A DNA stretch of 64,000 nucleotides from Candidatus Physcousia equi (GCA_018065005.1 JAGHUD010000002.1:987-64986), one strand, 5' to 3'. Shown: positions 25,361 to 34,892, counted from the stretch's first letter. Translations and numbers: made by a program. Notes: generated by a model not told the origin, from the sequence alone.

Positions 25361-25510
25361 GGTAACAAAAAATAAACACCCAGCACAAAAATTGTTAATG
25401 TGTGTTAAACAGCACAAAATATACTGAAATGTGCCATTCGGTGGTACAAATGTACTATCGGCAAAGCGCTATTTCGTATCAAGTAATGCGCCAAAGCATA
25501 AAAAAGGAAA

Positions 25511-25537
25511 GGAGGGAAACGCGCGTCGTTTCCCTCC
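25511..25537 (-). terminator. intrinsic terminator downstream of nifJ (bidirectional shape)
   Basis: GGAGGGAAACG-CGCGT-CGTTTCCCTCC (11-bp stem) flanked by an A-run on one side and a T-run on the other. Confidence 0.65.
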
Positions 25538-25626
25538 TTTTTCGCTTCTGTCCCGACCCGGGCGATCGTTTAGGTTCAGCCCCGGCGGGCGATGATTAGG
25601 GTCTGTGCTCAGATGTGAGCCGTGTC

Positions 25627-28600
25627 TTAGTCTTCAGCTACCGACCAGTCCTCTTGTGTCTTGCGGATGTAGGTCTGGTAGCGTCGTTTGGCAGCAGCCT
25701 TGCAGGCATCGAAGAGTTCCTGTGCCTCCTGTGGTGCAGCCTTCTTGAGTGAGAGGAAGCGCACCTCGCCTTCGAGGAAGTCCTGGAACTTATCCCACTG
25801 GGGGTCCTTGCTGTCGAGCTGGAAGGGATTCTTGCCCTCCTCAGCCAGTGCAGGATTGTTGCGCCAGAGTTGCCAGTAGCCACACTCGACAGCCTTAGCC
25901 TCCTCAGCCTGGCTCTTGCCCATGCCGCCCTTAGCCTTCAGTCCGTGTGCGATGCAGGGAGCGTAGCCGATGACGAGTGATGGTCCGTGCCATGCTTCCG
26001 CCTCGCGGAAAGCCTTGAGGCACTGGCTCTGGTCGGCGCCCATTGCCACCTGTGCCACGTAGACGTTGCCGTAGGTGGCTTGCATGAGTCCGAGGTCCTT
26101 CTTGCCCACTCGCTTGCCGTTGGCAGCGAACTGTGCGATGGCACCGATGGGTGTAGCCTTCGACGCCTGTCCGCCGGTGTTGGAGTAGACCTCGGTGTCG
26201 AGCACGAAGATGTTGACATCCTCACCGCTGCCGATGACGTGGTCGAGACCGCCGTAGCCGATGTCGTAGGAAGCACCATCGCCACCGATGATCCACTGGC
26301 TGCGCTTCACGAGGTAGTGCTCCAGTTCTTTGAGCTGTGCGCAGACGGGGCATCCGGCATTGGCGCTCTCCTCGATGTAGGGCTTCAGGGCAGCGGCAGC
26401 AGCCTTGGAGCCGTCGGCGTCGTTCTGCTGTTCGATCCAGTTCTGTGCGGCAGCCTTGTATTCGGCGCTCGCCTTGTCGCTCTCGATGACCTGCTGCAGC
26501 AGTTTGGTGATGCGCTCCTTCATCTTCTTGTTGGCGATGACCATGCCCAAGCCGAACTCGCAGAAGTCCTCGAAGAGCGAGTTTGCCCATGCGGGACCCT
26601 GCCCCTTCTCGTTCTTGGTGTAGGGTGTAGAGGGGATAGAGCCAGAGTAGATGGACGAGCATCCCGTGGCGTTAGCCACCATCTCGCGGTCGCCGAAGAG
26701 CTGGCTGATGAGCTTCACGTAGGGCGTCTCGCCGCAACCGGAGCAAGCACCGCTGAACTCGAAGAGGGGCGTAGCGAACTGGCTGTTTTTGGGGCTCTGC
26801 TTGATGTCGACGAGGTCTTGCTTGCTGCTCACCTGCTCCACGCAGTATTTCCAGTTCTTAGCCTCCTGCACAGCCTCTGCGCTGGAGTCGTCGTATGCCA
26901 CCATCTTGAGGGCGCTGCCGCCGAGCTTGGGATTGCCGGGACAAACGTCGGCACAGTTGCCGCAACCCAGACAGTCCTTCACGCCCACCTGGATGACGAA
27001 GTGCATGCCCTTCATGGCAGCAGGAGCCTTCATGTCGATGCTCTTGCCCTCGAAGCCAGTCAGCTCCTCGTCGTTCATGACGATGGGTCGGATGCATGAG
27101 TGAGGACAAACGAAGGCGCACTTGTTGCACTGGATGCAGTTGTCGGGGTTCCAGACTGGCACGAAGCCAGCCACGCCGCGCTTCTCGTAGGCAGCGGTGC
27201 CTTGTTCCCAGGTGCCGTCCTCGATGCCCTTGTAGGCGCTGACGGGCAGGTCGGCACCGTTCTGTGCGTTGATGGGGCGCATGAGTTGTGTGATGTGTTC
27301 GGGCTCGTCGTAGCGTGGAGCCTCGTCGGCAGGCAGGTTAGCCCATGCGGGGTCGATGGCGAGCGTCTGGTATTCGCCTCCGCGGTCCACGGCAGCAAAG
27401 TTCATGTCGACGACGTCCTGACCCTTCTTGCCATACGACTTCACGATGGCTTTCTTCATCTGTTCCACTGCCAGTTCCACGGGGATGACCTCGGTGATGC
27501 GGAAGAAGGCAGACTGCAGGATGGTGTTGGTGCGGTTGCCCAGCCCGATCTCCTGTGCTATCTTGGTGGCGTTGATGTAGTAGACCGTGATGTTGTTCTC
27601 GGCAAAATAGCGCTTAGCATCGTTGGGCAGGAAGTTGACGAGCTCCTCACCCTCGAAGATGGTGTTGAGGAGGAACTGACCATTCTTGCGCAGACCACGC
27701 AGCACGTCATACATGCGCAGATATGCCTGGACGTGGCAAGCCACGAAGTTGGGGGTCTTGATCTGGTAGGTAGAACGGATGGGGCTGTCGCCGAAACGCA
27801 GGTGTGAGCAGGTGAAGCCGCCCGACTTCTTTGAGTCGTAGGAGAAGTACGCCTGGCAGTACTTGTCGGTGTTGTCGCCGATGATCTTCACCGAGTTCTT
27901 GTTGGCGCCCACGGTGCCGTCGGCTCCCAGACCGAAGAACTTAGCCTCGAAGATGCCCTCGCCACCGAGTGCCATCTCCGTCTTCTGAGGCAGTGAGGTG
28001 AAGGTGAGGTCGTCGACGATGCCCACCGTGAAGTGGTCCTTAGGCTCGGCAAGCTCGAGGTTCTCGTAGACACCCAGAATCATGGTGGGGGTCACGTCGG
28101 CAGAACCGAGTCCATAGCGTCCGCCCACAATGCGTGGGGTGCGTCCGCTGCCGTAGAAGGCATCCTTGACGTCGAGCAGCAGAGGTTCGCCGTTGGCACC
28201 GGGCTCCTTGGTGCGGTCGAGCACGGCAATCTGCTTCACCGTCTCGGGCACAGCCTTGAGGAGGTGCTTGGCGGAGAAGGGACGGTAGAGGTGTACGCTC
28301 ACCAAGCCGTATTTCTTGCCGTTGGCATTGGCGTAGTCGATGGCTTCGCGTGCAGCCTCGGTGCCCGATCCCATCATGATGATGATCTGCTCGGCGTCGG
28401 CAGCACCGTAGTAGGAGAAGAGGTCGTACTTGCGACCGGTGCGCTCAGAGATGGCTGCCATGTACTTCTCGACGATGGCAGGCACCGCATCGTAGTAGCG
28501 GTTGCAGCTCTCGCGGTGGGCGAAGAAGGTCTCGGGGTTCTCTGCCATACCCTTTGCCTGCGGATGCTCGGGCGAGAGGCAACGGCTGCGGAACTCAGAG

Positions 28601-29205
28601 AGTGCCTTCTGGTCGACGAGGTCGCGCACGTCGTCCTCCTCGATGAGCTCCACCTTCTGGTATTCGTGCGAGGTGCGGAATCCGTCGAAGAAGTTGATGA
28701 AGGGCACACGAGACTCTAGGGCTGCCAGATGAGCCACGGCGCTGAGGTCCATGACCTCCTGCACACTGCCTTCTGCCAACATGGCGAAGCCCGTCTGGCG
28801 GCAAGCCATCACGTCGCTGTGGTCGCCGAAGATGCACAGAGAGTGGGTGGCAACGGTGCGGGCAGACACGTGGAAGACGCTGGGGAGCAATTCGCCCGCT
28901 ATCTTATACATGTTGGGGATCATCAGCAGAAGACCCTGAGAAGCGGTGAAGGTGGAGGTGAGGGCACCAGCCTGCAGCGAACCGTGAACGGCTCCTGCTG
29001 CACCTGCCTCAGACTGCATTTCCTGCACCAATACGGTGTCGCCGAAGAGGTTCTTGCGACCCTGTGCTGCCCATTCGTCCACGTGCTCAGCCATGGGGCT
29101 TGAGGGGGTGATGGGGTAGATGGCAGCTACTTCGCTGAACATGTAAGCTACATGTCCGGCACAGGTGTTACCATCCCATGTTACGAATTTTTTTTCTTTT
29201 GCCAT
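25627..29205 (-). CDS. nifJ: pyruvate:ferredoxin (flavodoxin) oxidoreductase
   Basis: 1192 aa. Two 4Fe-4S motifs (CIQCNKCAFVCPH, CLGCGNCADVCP). TPP-binding GGDGASYDIGYGG. Overall PFOR architecture. Confidence 0.95.
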   Translation of the reverse strand: MAKEKKFVTWDGNTCAGHVAYMFSEVAAIYPITPSSPMAEHVDEWAAQGRKNLFGDTVLVQEMQSEAGAAGAVHGSLQAGALTSTFTASQGLLLMIPNMYKIAGELLPSVFHVSARTVATHSLCIFGDHSDVMACRQTGFAMLAEGSVQEVMDLSAVAHLAALESRVPFINFFDGFRTSHEYQKVELIEEDDVRDLVDQKALSEFRSRCLSPEHPQAKGMAENPETFFAHRESCNRYYDAVPAIVEKYMAAISERTGRKYDLFSYYGAADAEQIIIMMGSGTEAAREAIDYANANGKKYGLVSVHLYRPFSAKHLLKAVPETVKQIAVLDRTKEPGANGEPLLLDVKDAFYGSGRTPRIVGGRYGLGSADVTPTMILGVYENLELAEPKDHFTVGIVDDLTFTSLPQKTEMALGGEGIFEAKFFGLGADGTVGANKNSVKIIGDNTDKYCQAYFSYDSKKSGGFTCSHLRFGDSPIRSTYQIKTPNFVACHVQAYLRMYDVLRGLRKNGQFLLNTIFEGEELVNFLPNDAKRYFAENNITVYYINATKIAQEIGLGNRTNTILQSAFFRITEVIPVELAVEQMKKAIVKSYGKKGQDVVDMNFAAVDRGGEYQTLAIDPAWANLPADEAPRYDEPEHITQLMRPINAQNGADLPVSAYKGIEDGTWEQGTAAYEKRGVAGFVPVWNPDNCIQCNKCAFVCPHSCIRPIVMNDEELTGFEGKSIDMKAPAAMKGMHFVIQVGVKDCLGCGNCADVCPGNPKLGGSALKMVAYDDSSAEAVQEAKNWKYCVEQVSSKQDLVDIKQSPKNSQFATPLFEFSGACSGCGETPYVKLISQLFGDREMVANATGCSSIYSGSIPSTPYTKNEKGQGPAWANSLFEDFCEFGLGMVIANKKMKERITKLLQQVIESDKASAEYKAAAQNWIEQQNDADGSKAAAAALKPYIEESANAGCPVCAQLKELEHYLVKRSQWIIGGDGASYDIGYGGLDHVIGSGEDVNIFVLDTEVYSNTGGQASKATPIGAIAQFAANGKRVGKKDLGLMQATYGNVYVAQVAMGADQSQCLKAFREAEAWHGPSLVIGYAPCIAHGLKAKGGMGKSQAEEAKAVECGYWQLWRNNPALAEEGKNPFQLDSKDPQWDKFQDFLEGEVRFLSLKKAAPQEAQELFDACKAAAKRRYQTYIRKTQEDWSVAED

Positions 29206-29287
29206 TGTTGTGTGTTATGTTTGGGGTTGTCGATGTTGAAGGGGGCTTTGCTATGCCAGGGTGCGCTGAGCTTTTGCTCGGCGTTGT

Positions 29288-30466
29288 TCAGTACATGAAG
29301 CCTAAGAGCCAGAGGGGGAGCTGCTTGTCGTGGCCTTTGGTGATGCCGGTGCGGAGGTAGTAGATGTCGGGAGCGAAGCGGTGGGGCTCCTCGTTGCAGA
29401 GGCGGAACTTCTTGTTCTCGACGAAGTAGTTGCAGCTGCGGTCGCCTATGAAGATCTGGTGGTCGATGCCAACGTTCTGCTGAAAGAAGGTGTCGCTGAT
29501 GATCTCCTCCTCGTTGGTGCGTGGAAAGATGGCGAAGAGCTGGTTGGTGTCGTGCAGGGTGATGCGTGCAGGCTTTTTGGAGGCGTATTCGCCCTTGCGG
29601 TAGACCATGTTGAGGAGCTGGGCATCGGAGAGCAGTTTCAGATAGCCCATCACGGTGGCTCGGCTCGTCTGCATGTCGGTGGCGAGTTGGCTCACGTTGG
29701 GGGTGGCTTGTGCGTCAGATGCCAGGAGGTAGAGCAGTCGTTTGATTTTGTGCAGATACTTCTGTTCGATCTGGTGGATGAGCAGAATGTCCACCTCCAC
29801 GGTCATGTTCATGGACTTGAGGAGGCTTTCGGTGTAGTTGGTCTGCTCGAGGAAGAAGGGGTAGAATCCGTGCTTGAGATAGGCTCGGATGTGGTCGAGG
29901 GGGTTGACCTCCTGTCGGAGTATGTTGGCAGCGATCATCTCGTGGCGCTCCAGGATGTCTTGGAAGGAGTAGTGGCTGAAGTTCTTGCCCGTGCGCAGGT
30001 TGATGAACTCGCGCAGCGAGAATCCCCTCAGGGTGTAGCAGCTGCAGAGGTTGCTCAGGTGTGTCTCCTCGTCGTCGAGTTTCATGGCGCAACTGCCGGT
30101 GAAGACAATCTTGAGGGCAGGGAGGTTGTCGTAGCACCTGCGCAGCTCCTGCTGCCAGTGTGGCAGTTTGTATGCTTGGTCTACGAGGAGCACCTGTCCG
30201 CCCATGCGGTGGAAGTTGCAGGCAAAGTCGAAGAGTCCGTGCTGCTGGAAGTGGAAGTTGTTCATGCCCACGAAGAGGCACTTGTGGTCGTTGGTGCTGA
30301 AGTGCTCTCTGGCATACTGCAGGAGGAAGGTTGTCTTGCCCACGCCCCGTGCGCCTTTGATGGCGATGAGTCGGTCGTTCCAGTTGATTTCGTCCATGAG
30401 GAGTCGGCGGACGGGTGCTGTAGTGTGTTCTACCAGGTGGGCGTGTGTCTTGAAAAAGGCTTCCAT
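29288..30466 (-). CDS. AAA-family ATP-binding protein (AAA_14/DUF4143-like architecture)
   Basis: 392 aa. Walker A GARGVGKTT, Walker B-like VLLVDQAYK. C-terminal region is typical of the DUF4143-type ATPases common in Bacteroidales. Confidence 0.8.
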   Translation of the reverse strand: MEAFFKTHAHLVEHTTAPVRRLLMDEINWNDRLIAIKGARGVGKTTFLLQYAREHFSTNDHKCLFVGMNNFHFQQHGLFDFACNFHRMGGQVLLVDQAYKLPHWQQELRRCYDNLPALKIVFTGSCAMKLDDEETHLSNLCSCYTLRGFSLREFINLRTGKNFSHYSFQDILERHEMIAANILRQEVNPLDHIRAYLKHGFYPFFLEQTNYTESLLKSMNMTVEVDILLIHQIEQKYLHKIKRLLYLLASDAQATPNVSQLATDMQTSRATVMGYLKLLSDAQLLNMVYRKGEYASKKPARITLHDTNQLFAIFPRTNEEEIISDTFFQQNVGIDHQIFIGDRSCNYFVENKKFRLCNEEPHRFAPDIYYLRTGITKGHDKQLPLWLLGFMY

Positions 30467-30630
30467 GTGATAAATGTGCTGCAGTTAACGCTACAAAAGT
30501 ACTAAATTTGGGTCGTTTTGCAAAATCGATACTCTGTTTTCGGTATTTTCGTGGCAGAATATTGATTTTTCCTGTCGTTTATTTTGCTGTGTGCCGAAAA
30601 ATGTTATGGTCCATCGGGGGCATATGCTGC

Positions 30631-32061
30631 TCACGCCGCCTCGCCTGCCGCCTCCGGTTGCTTGCGCACCGTGCGCCAGTAGGAGCCGAACGCCAGGGCG
30701 AAGAGCAGCGCCAGGGCGCTGCCTCCCGCGAGTGCGATGGGGAGGCTGAGCTGGAATCCCTCGGGCGCCATCAGGATGTAGCTGGTGCAGACGACGGTCA
30801 TGAAGACGGCAGGGACGAACGCCAGCCAGAAGCACTTGCCCTTGCGGCAGAGCCATGCGGTGATGGCCCAGAGGGTGATGACGGAGAGGGTCTGGTTGAA
30901 CCAGGCGAAGTAGCGCCAGAGGACGTCGAAGTCGATGAGCATCAGGGTGGCAGACAGGGCAAAGATGGGGAGGCTGAGCAGGAGTCGTGTGGAGATGCGT
31001 GTCTGTTTGACGTGGAGGAAGTCAGCCATGATGAGGCGGGCAGAGCGGAACGCCGTGTCGCCCGAGGTGATGGGTGCAGCCACCACGCCGAGGATGGCGA
31101 GCACAGCCCCCACGGTGCCGAGCCAGTTGGAGCAGATGGTGTTGACGATGACGGCAGGGTTGCCACCGTTGAGCAGTCCCTCGTAGCTGCCGAAGAACTT
31201 GACGGCAGCAGCAGCCCAGATGAGTGCCACCATGCCCTCCGTGATCATGGCGCCGTAGAAGACAGGTCGTCCGTACTTCTCGTTTTTCAGGCAGCGCGCC
31301 ATCATGGGGCTCTGTGTGGCATGAAAGCCACTGATGGCGCCGCAGGCAATGGTGATGCAGAGCAGGGGGAAGGTGGCGAGGCCCTTGGGGTGGTGGCCCA
31401 TGATGCCGTCGGTGAGTTCCGGCATCCACCCGTCGTGGGTGAAGACGCCCACGCCCACGCCCACCGCCATGATGAGCAGGGCAGCCCCGAAGAGGGGGTA
31501 GGTGCGGCCGATGAGGGCATCGATGGGGAGCAGGGTGGCAAGGATGTAGTAGAGGAAGATGAGGATGGTCCAGAAGAGGGGGGTGGCAAAGCTGCCCTCC
31601 GTCAGGTTGCCCAGCAAGCCGGCGGGTGTGGTGACGAAGACCGCGCCCACGAGCACCATGAGCACCAGTGAGAGGATGCGCATCATCAGTCGCGCCATGC
31701 CGCCCAACTCGTCGCCCACCAGTTCGGGCAGCGACACGCCCCCCTTGCGCAGCGATATCATGCCGCTCATGTAGTCGTGGACGGCACCGGCGAAGATGCA
31801 TCCAAAGACAATCCACAGATAGGCAGCCGGACCGAAGAGTATGCCCATGATGGCTCCGAAGATGGGGCCCGTGCCGGCGATGTTGAGAAACTGGATGAGA
31901 AAGACCTTCCAGGTGGGCATGGGCATGTAGTCCACACCATCCTGTTGTGTGTAGCAAGGCGTTTTGCGTGTTTCGTTTTTGCCAAAGACCCTCTCCACGA
32001 TGGTGCCGTAGACAAGGTATCCGAGGACGAGCAGCACGAGTGCAGTGCAGAATGTAGTCAT
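30631..32061 (-). CDS. cstA: carbon starvation protein A (peptide/pyruvate transporter family)
   Basis: Polytopic. Begins MTTFCTALVLLVLGYLVYGTIVERVFG. ATG at 32061 is preferred over 32112. Confidence 0.9.
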   Translation of the reverse strand: MTTFCTALVLLVLGYLVYGTIVERVFGKNETRKTPCYTQQDGVDYMPMPTWKVFLIQFLNIAGTGPIFGAIMGILFGPAAYLWIVFGCIFAGAVHDYMSGMISLRKGGVSLPELVGDELGGMARLMMRILSLVLMVLVGAVFVTTPAGLLGNLTEGSFATPLFWTILIFLYYILATLLPIDALIGRTYPLFGAALLIMAVGVGVGVFTHDGWMPELTDGIMGHHPKGLATFPLLCITIACGAISGFHATQSPMMARCLKNEKYGRPVFYGAMITEGMVALIWAAAAVKFFGSYEGLLNGGNPAVIVNTICSNWLGTVGAVLAILGVVAAPITSGDTAFRSARLIMADFLHVKQTRISTRLLLSLPIFALSATLMLIDFDVLWRYFAWFNQTLSVITLWAITAWLCRKGKCFWLAFVPAVFMTVVCTSYILMAPEGFQLSLPIALAGGSALALLFALAFGSYWRTVRKQPEAAGEAA

Positions 32062-32109
32062 CGTTGATGGTTTTGCTTTAGGAGTAAGACGTTTTGTCTG
32101 AAATTGGTG

Positions 32110-32117
32110 CAAAAATA
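32110..32117 (-). promoter_or_regulatory. candidate -7 box (TATTTTTG on minus) for cstA
   Basis: CAAAAATA on +, 49 nt upstream of the ATG at 32061. Confidence 0.45.
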
Positions 32118-32160
32118 CAAATAATAATTCTTAACTCGTTGCTATTAGGAACATTTTTTG

Positions 32161-32168
32161 TATTTTTG
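32161..32168 (+). promoter_or_regulatory. candidate -7 box TATTTTTG for the second GHL10-like gene
   Basis: Exact match 20 nt upstream of the ATG at 32188. It overlaps the track's start at 32158. Confidence 0.5.
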
Positions 32169-32187
32169 TGGGCAAAATGTTACGACA

Positions 32188-34026
32188 ATGATAAAGACCC
32201 ATACCTTATATATTTTATTGAGTGCGCTTTTCCTGCTTCCCCACACGGTAGGGGCACAGTCTACCGTGCGCCTGGGCGAGGAAGCCAACAGCCCCAAGCG
32301 CGAAGCGCGTGCCGTGTGGCTCACCACGCTCAGCGGGCTGGACTGGCCCCGAACGAAAGCCACCAGCGCCGCCAGCCGCGAGCGCCAGAAGGCAGAGCTC
32401 TGCGACATCCTCGACCGCCTGCAGCGCATCCACGTGAACACCATCCTGCTGCAGACGCGCGTGCGCGCCTCCACCATCTATCCCTCACAGATAGAACCCT
32501 GGGACGTGGCGCTCACGGGCAGCTATGGTGGCGATCCGGGCTACGACCCCTTGCAGTTTGCCATCGAGGAGGCACACCGCCGAGGCATGGAACTGCACGC
32601 CTGGGTGGTCACCATGCCCGCCTACAAGATTGCCGTGGCGAAGCAGATGGGCAAGGCAGCGCTCCACCTGAAGCATCCGGCGCTCATGAAGAAGCACAAC
32701 GACCAGTACTATCTCGACCCCAGTCAGCCCGCCACCGCCGACTACCTGGCGCGCATCTGTGAGGAGATCGTCAGTCGCTACGACGTGGACGGCATCCACT
32801 TCGACTACATCCGCTACCCCGAAGGAGCAAAAGGCTTTGCCGACGACGACAGCTACAAGCGCTACGGCGCAGGCAAGAGCAAGGCACAGTGGCGCCGCGA
32901 CAACATCACCCACATCGTGCGCACCATCCACCAACGTGTCAAGGCACTTAAGCCGTGGGTGCGCGTCACGAGCAGTCCCGTGGGCAAGTTTCGCGATCTC
33001 AAACGCTACTCGGCACGAGGCTGGAACTGCTACGATGCCGTGCATCAGGATGCCCAGGGCTGGTTGCGCGAGGGCATACACGATGCGCTCTATCCGATGA
33101 TGTACTTCAAGGGCGACAACTTCTATCCCTTTGCCACCGACTGGAGGGAACAAGACGCCGGACGCTTCGTGGCGCCCGGTCTGGGCATCTACTTCATGGA
33201 CCGCGCAGAGAAGAACTGGCCGCTGTCGGACATCGTCAACGAACTGCACTACACGCGCAGCTTAGGTCTGGGCGGACAGTGCTACTTCCGCACCCGCTTT
33301 CTGCTCGACAACGTGAAGGGACTCTACGACTACCTGCGTGACGCCTTCTACGCCTTCCCCGCCCTGACACCGGCTGCCACCTGGATCGACGACGAGGCAC
33401 CCAGCCAGCCCGACGGCTTTGCCACCGACACGCTGCCCGACGGGCGCGTGCGCCTCTCCTGGCTGCCCTGCACCGACAACCTGCATGGCGCAGCCTCATT
33501 GGGCAGTCCGGCAGCGGGTGTGCGCTACAATGTCTATGCCGTGCAGCACAGGCAGGACTGCCAACAGGCAGAAGCGCTGGTGGCTGCTGCCCTCTGCGAG
33601 CCGTGCTACGTCTACAACCCCCACGAACTCGAAGCACGGGGGCTCCGCCTCATGGTGGCTGCCATGGACCGCTGTGGCAACGAGAGTGAGGCGGTGGCAC
33701 CTGTGCCCTTCGCCGACGCAGACAAGGCGCCGACCCGGGTGGGTGGCTGCGGCTGGGATGTGCCTGCCGTCGAACCGGACAGCATGGGCTGCATCGTCTT
33801 GCCACGCCGCGAGGCTGCGTTCTATGCCATCACCGACCTGGCGGGCCACATCCTCCAGACGGGGCGCTATCCCAACTCATGGACCGACAGCGGCAGACGC
33901 ATCGACCTCTCTGACCTGCCTGATGGCTGGCTGGAACTGCGCACCCTGCTCAAGAAGGGCAGGTCGCGACGGGTGCTGCGGGTGTGGAAGTGTACGCCCA
34001 CAAGACTGTCGCTGCCTGCCAAATGA
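32188..34026 (+). CDS. GHL10 (DUF187) family glycosidase-like protein, secreted, with a C-terminal extension
   Basis: Signal peptide MIKTHTLYILLSALFLLPHTVGAQ. RAVWLTT...NTILLQTR...IEPWD...GMELHAWV blocks parallel those of 4153..5673. Confidence 0.8.
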   Translation: MIKTHTLYILLSALFLLPHTVGAQSTVRLGEEANSPKREARAVWLTTLSGLDWPRTKATSAASRERQKAELCDILDRLQRIHVNTILLQTRVRASTIYPSQIEPWDVALTGSYGGDPGYDPLQFAIEEAHRRGMELHAWVVTMPAYKIAVAKQMGKAALHLKHPALMKKHNDQYYLDPSQPATADYLARICEEIVSRYDVDGIHFDYIRYPEGAKGFADDDSYKRYGAGKSKAQWRRDNITHIVRTIHQRVKALKPWVRVTSSPVGKFRDLKRYSARGWNCYDAVHQDAQGWLREGIHDALYPMMYFKGDNFYPFATDWREQDAGRFVAPGLGIYFMDRAEKNWPLSDIVNELHYTRSLGLGGQCYFRTRFLLDNVKGLYDYLRDAFYAFPALTPAATWIDDEAPSQPDGFATDTLPDGRVRLSWLPCTDNLHGAASLGSPAAGVRYNVYAVQHRQDCQQAEALVAAALCEPCYVYNPHELEARGLRLMVAAMDRCGNESEAVAPVPFADADKAPTRVGGCGWDVPAVEPDSMGCIVLPRREAAFYAITDLAGHILQTGRYPNSWTDSGRRIDLSDLPDGWLELRTLLKKGRSRRVLRVWKCTPTRLSLPAK

Positions 34027-34030
34027 AAAA

Positions 34031-34130
34031 ATTCTGCTGCAGAAACCGGCAGTTTCTGCTGCAGAAACCGACAGTTTCTGCTACGGAAACTTTTCGTTTC
34101 TGCTGCAGAAACTTTCTCGTTCTGCTGCAC
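34031..34130. repeat. tandem array (~4.5 x 22 bp) of the palindromic unit GTTTCTG-CTG-CAGAAAC
   Basis: Units at 34031, 34052, 34074, 34096 and 34119. The array starts 5 nt after the GHL10 stop codon. Confidence 0.85.
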
Positions 34131-34168
34131 CGCGACGACCCACCCCCTCAGACGCAACAAGGGCGCTG

Positions 34169-34211
34169 TGCAAGAATTCCTGTTTCTTGCTCAGCGCCCT
34201 TGTGTGTCTGA
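34169..34211. terminator. GC-rich hairpin between convergent genes
   Basis: CAAGGGCGCTG ... CAGCGCCCTTG, an 11-bp stem with a long, internally pairing loop. Confidence 0.45.
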
Positions 34212-34243
34212 CAGCCTAATCTGTCAAGATTTTTTAAAAAAAC

Positions 34244-34720
34244 TCAGACAGCGAGTGACTTGAAGAGCTTGTCCACGTCGTTGTCGAAGTCAGCCTTGCA
34301 GTCCTCGCTATAGGTGACGGAGATGTTGTACATCTTCTTCTCGGGGGTGCACTTGTAGTAGAGTGCGCGATAGCCGAAATCGTCCTTCCACTTGATCCAG
34401 CCCTCTGCGCCGTTCACCTCCTGTGCGATGACCTCGCTGCCGCTGGCAGCCCACTCGATGGCAACAGACACCATCTCTTCGGGGGTGACCATTGCTTCGC
34501 TCTTGTCTTCACACTCTACGTCGATCATGCCGCCCTTGTCGTTGACGAACAGTTTGCCGCCGCGCTCCTCTTCCATCTGCTTGTCGTCGTTCTGTGCCTT
34601 GAAGCCGCTGGGCAGTTCGATGCTGTAGCCGAACTTGTCGTTGCTGTACTTGTTGCCGCCGCAAGAGGTCATGGCGAGGCTGGCTGCCACGAGGGTGAGG
34701 ATGAATAATACCTTTTTCAT
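34244..34720 (-). CDS. hypothetical lipoprotein
   Basis: MKKVLFILTLVAASLAMTSCGG lipobox. The upstream ATG at 34771 falls inside the candidate -7 box. Confidence 0.65.
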   Translation of the reverse strand: MKKVLFILTLVAASLAMTSCGGNKYSNDKFGYSIELPSGFKAQNDDKQMEEERGGKLFVNDKGGMIDVECEDKSEAMVTPEEMVSVAIEWAASGSEVIAQEVNGAEGWIKWKDDFGYRALYYKCTPEKKMYNISVTYSEDCKADFDNDVDKLFKSLAV

Positions 34721-34768
34721 GTTGCTTTTTCTTTTAATGAATAACTGTGTACTTGATCTTTTCGGCTG

Positions 34769-34776
34769 CAAAGATA
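34769..34776 (-). promoter_or_regulatory. candidate -7 box (TATCTTTG on minus) for the lipoprotein gene
   Basis: CAAAGATA on +, 49 nt upstream of the ATG at 34720. Confidence 0.45.
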
Positions 34777-34841
34777 CTTACTTTTTGCCAATTGTGCATC
34801 TTTTCTGGGCAGAATGTGGTACTATTTTGTGAAAATATGCT

Positions 34842-34849
34842 TAATTTTG
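34842..34849 (+). promoter_or_regulatory. candidate -7 box TAATTTTG
   Basis: Exact match upstream of the 34893 ORF. The ATG at 34857 is only 8 nt downstream, which favours 34893 as the start. Confidence 0.45.
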
Positions 34850-34892
34850 CCATGAAATGCTGCCTTCGGGGCAATCCAAAACTCTCTGGCTC

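Noticed and set aside
25402-25599. 65-aa plus-strand ORF between the T9SS cargo gene and nifJ
   Set aside because: It reads straight through the nifJ terminator hairpin (25511-25537) and has no promoter or RBS context, so it is probably chance.
25987-31671. Plus-strand ORFs of 370, 228, 235, 391 and 387 aa opposite nifJ, the AAA ATPase and cstA
   Set aside because: All are antisense to genes with strong motifs (4Fe-4S/TPP sites, Walker A, CstA helices). Their composition is typical of the reverse frame of GC3-biased coding sequence.
34031-34130. Possible CRISPR array
   Set aside because: The 22-bp units are directly abutting with no unique spacers, only ~4.5 copies are present, and there are no cas genes in the window. 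This is a tandem repeat, not a CRISPR array.
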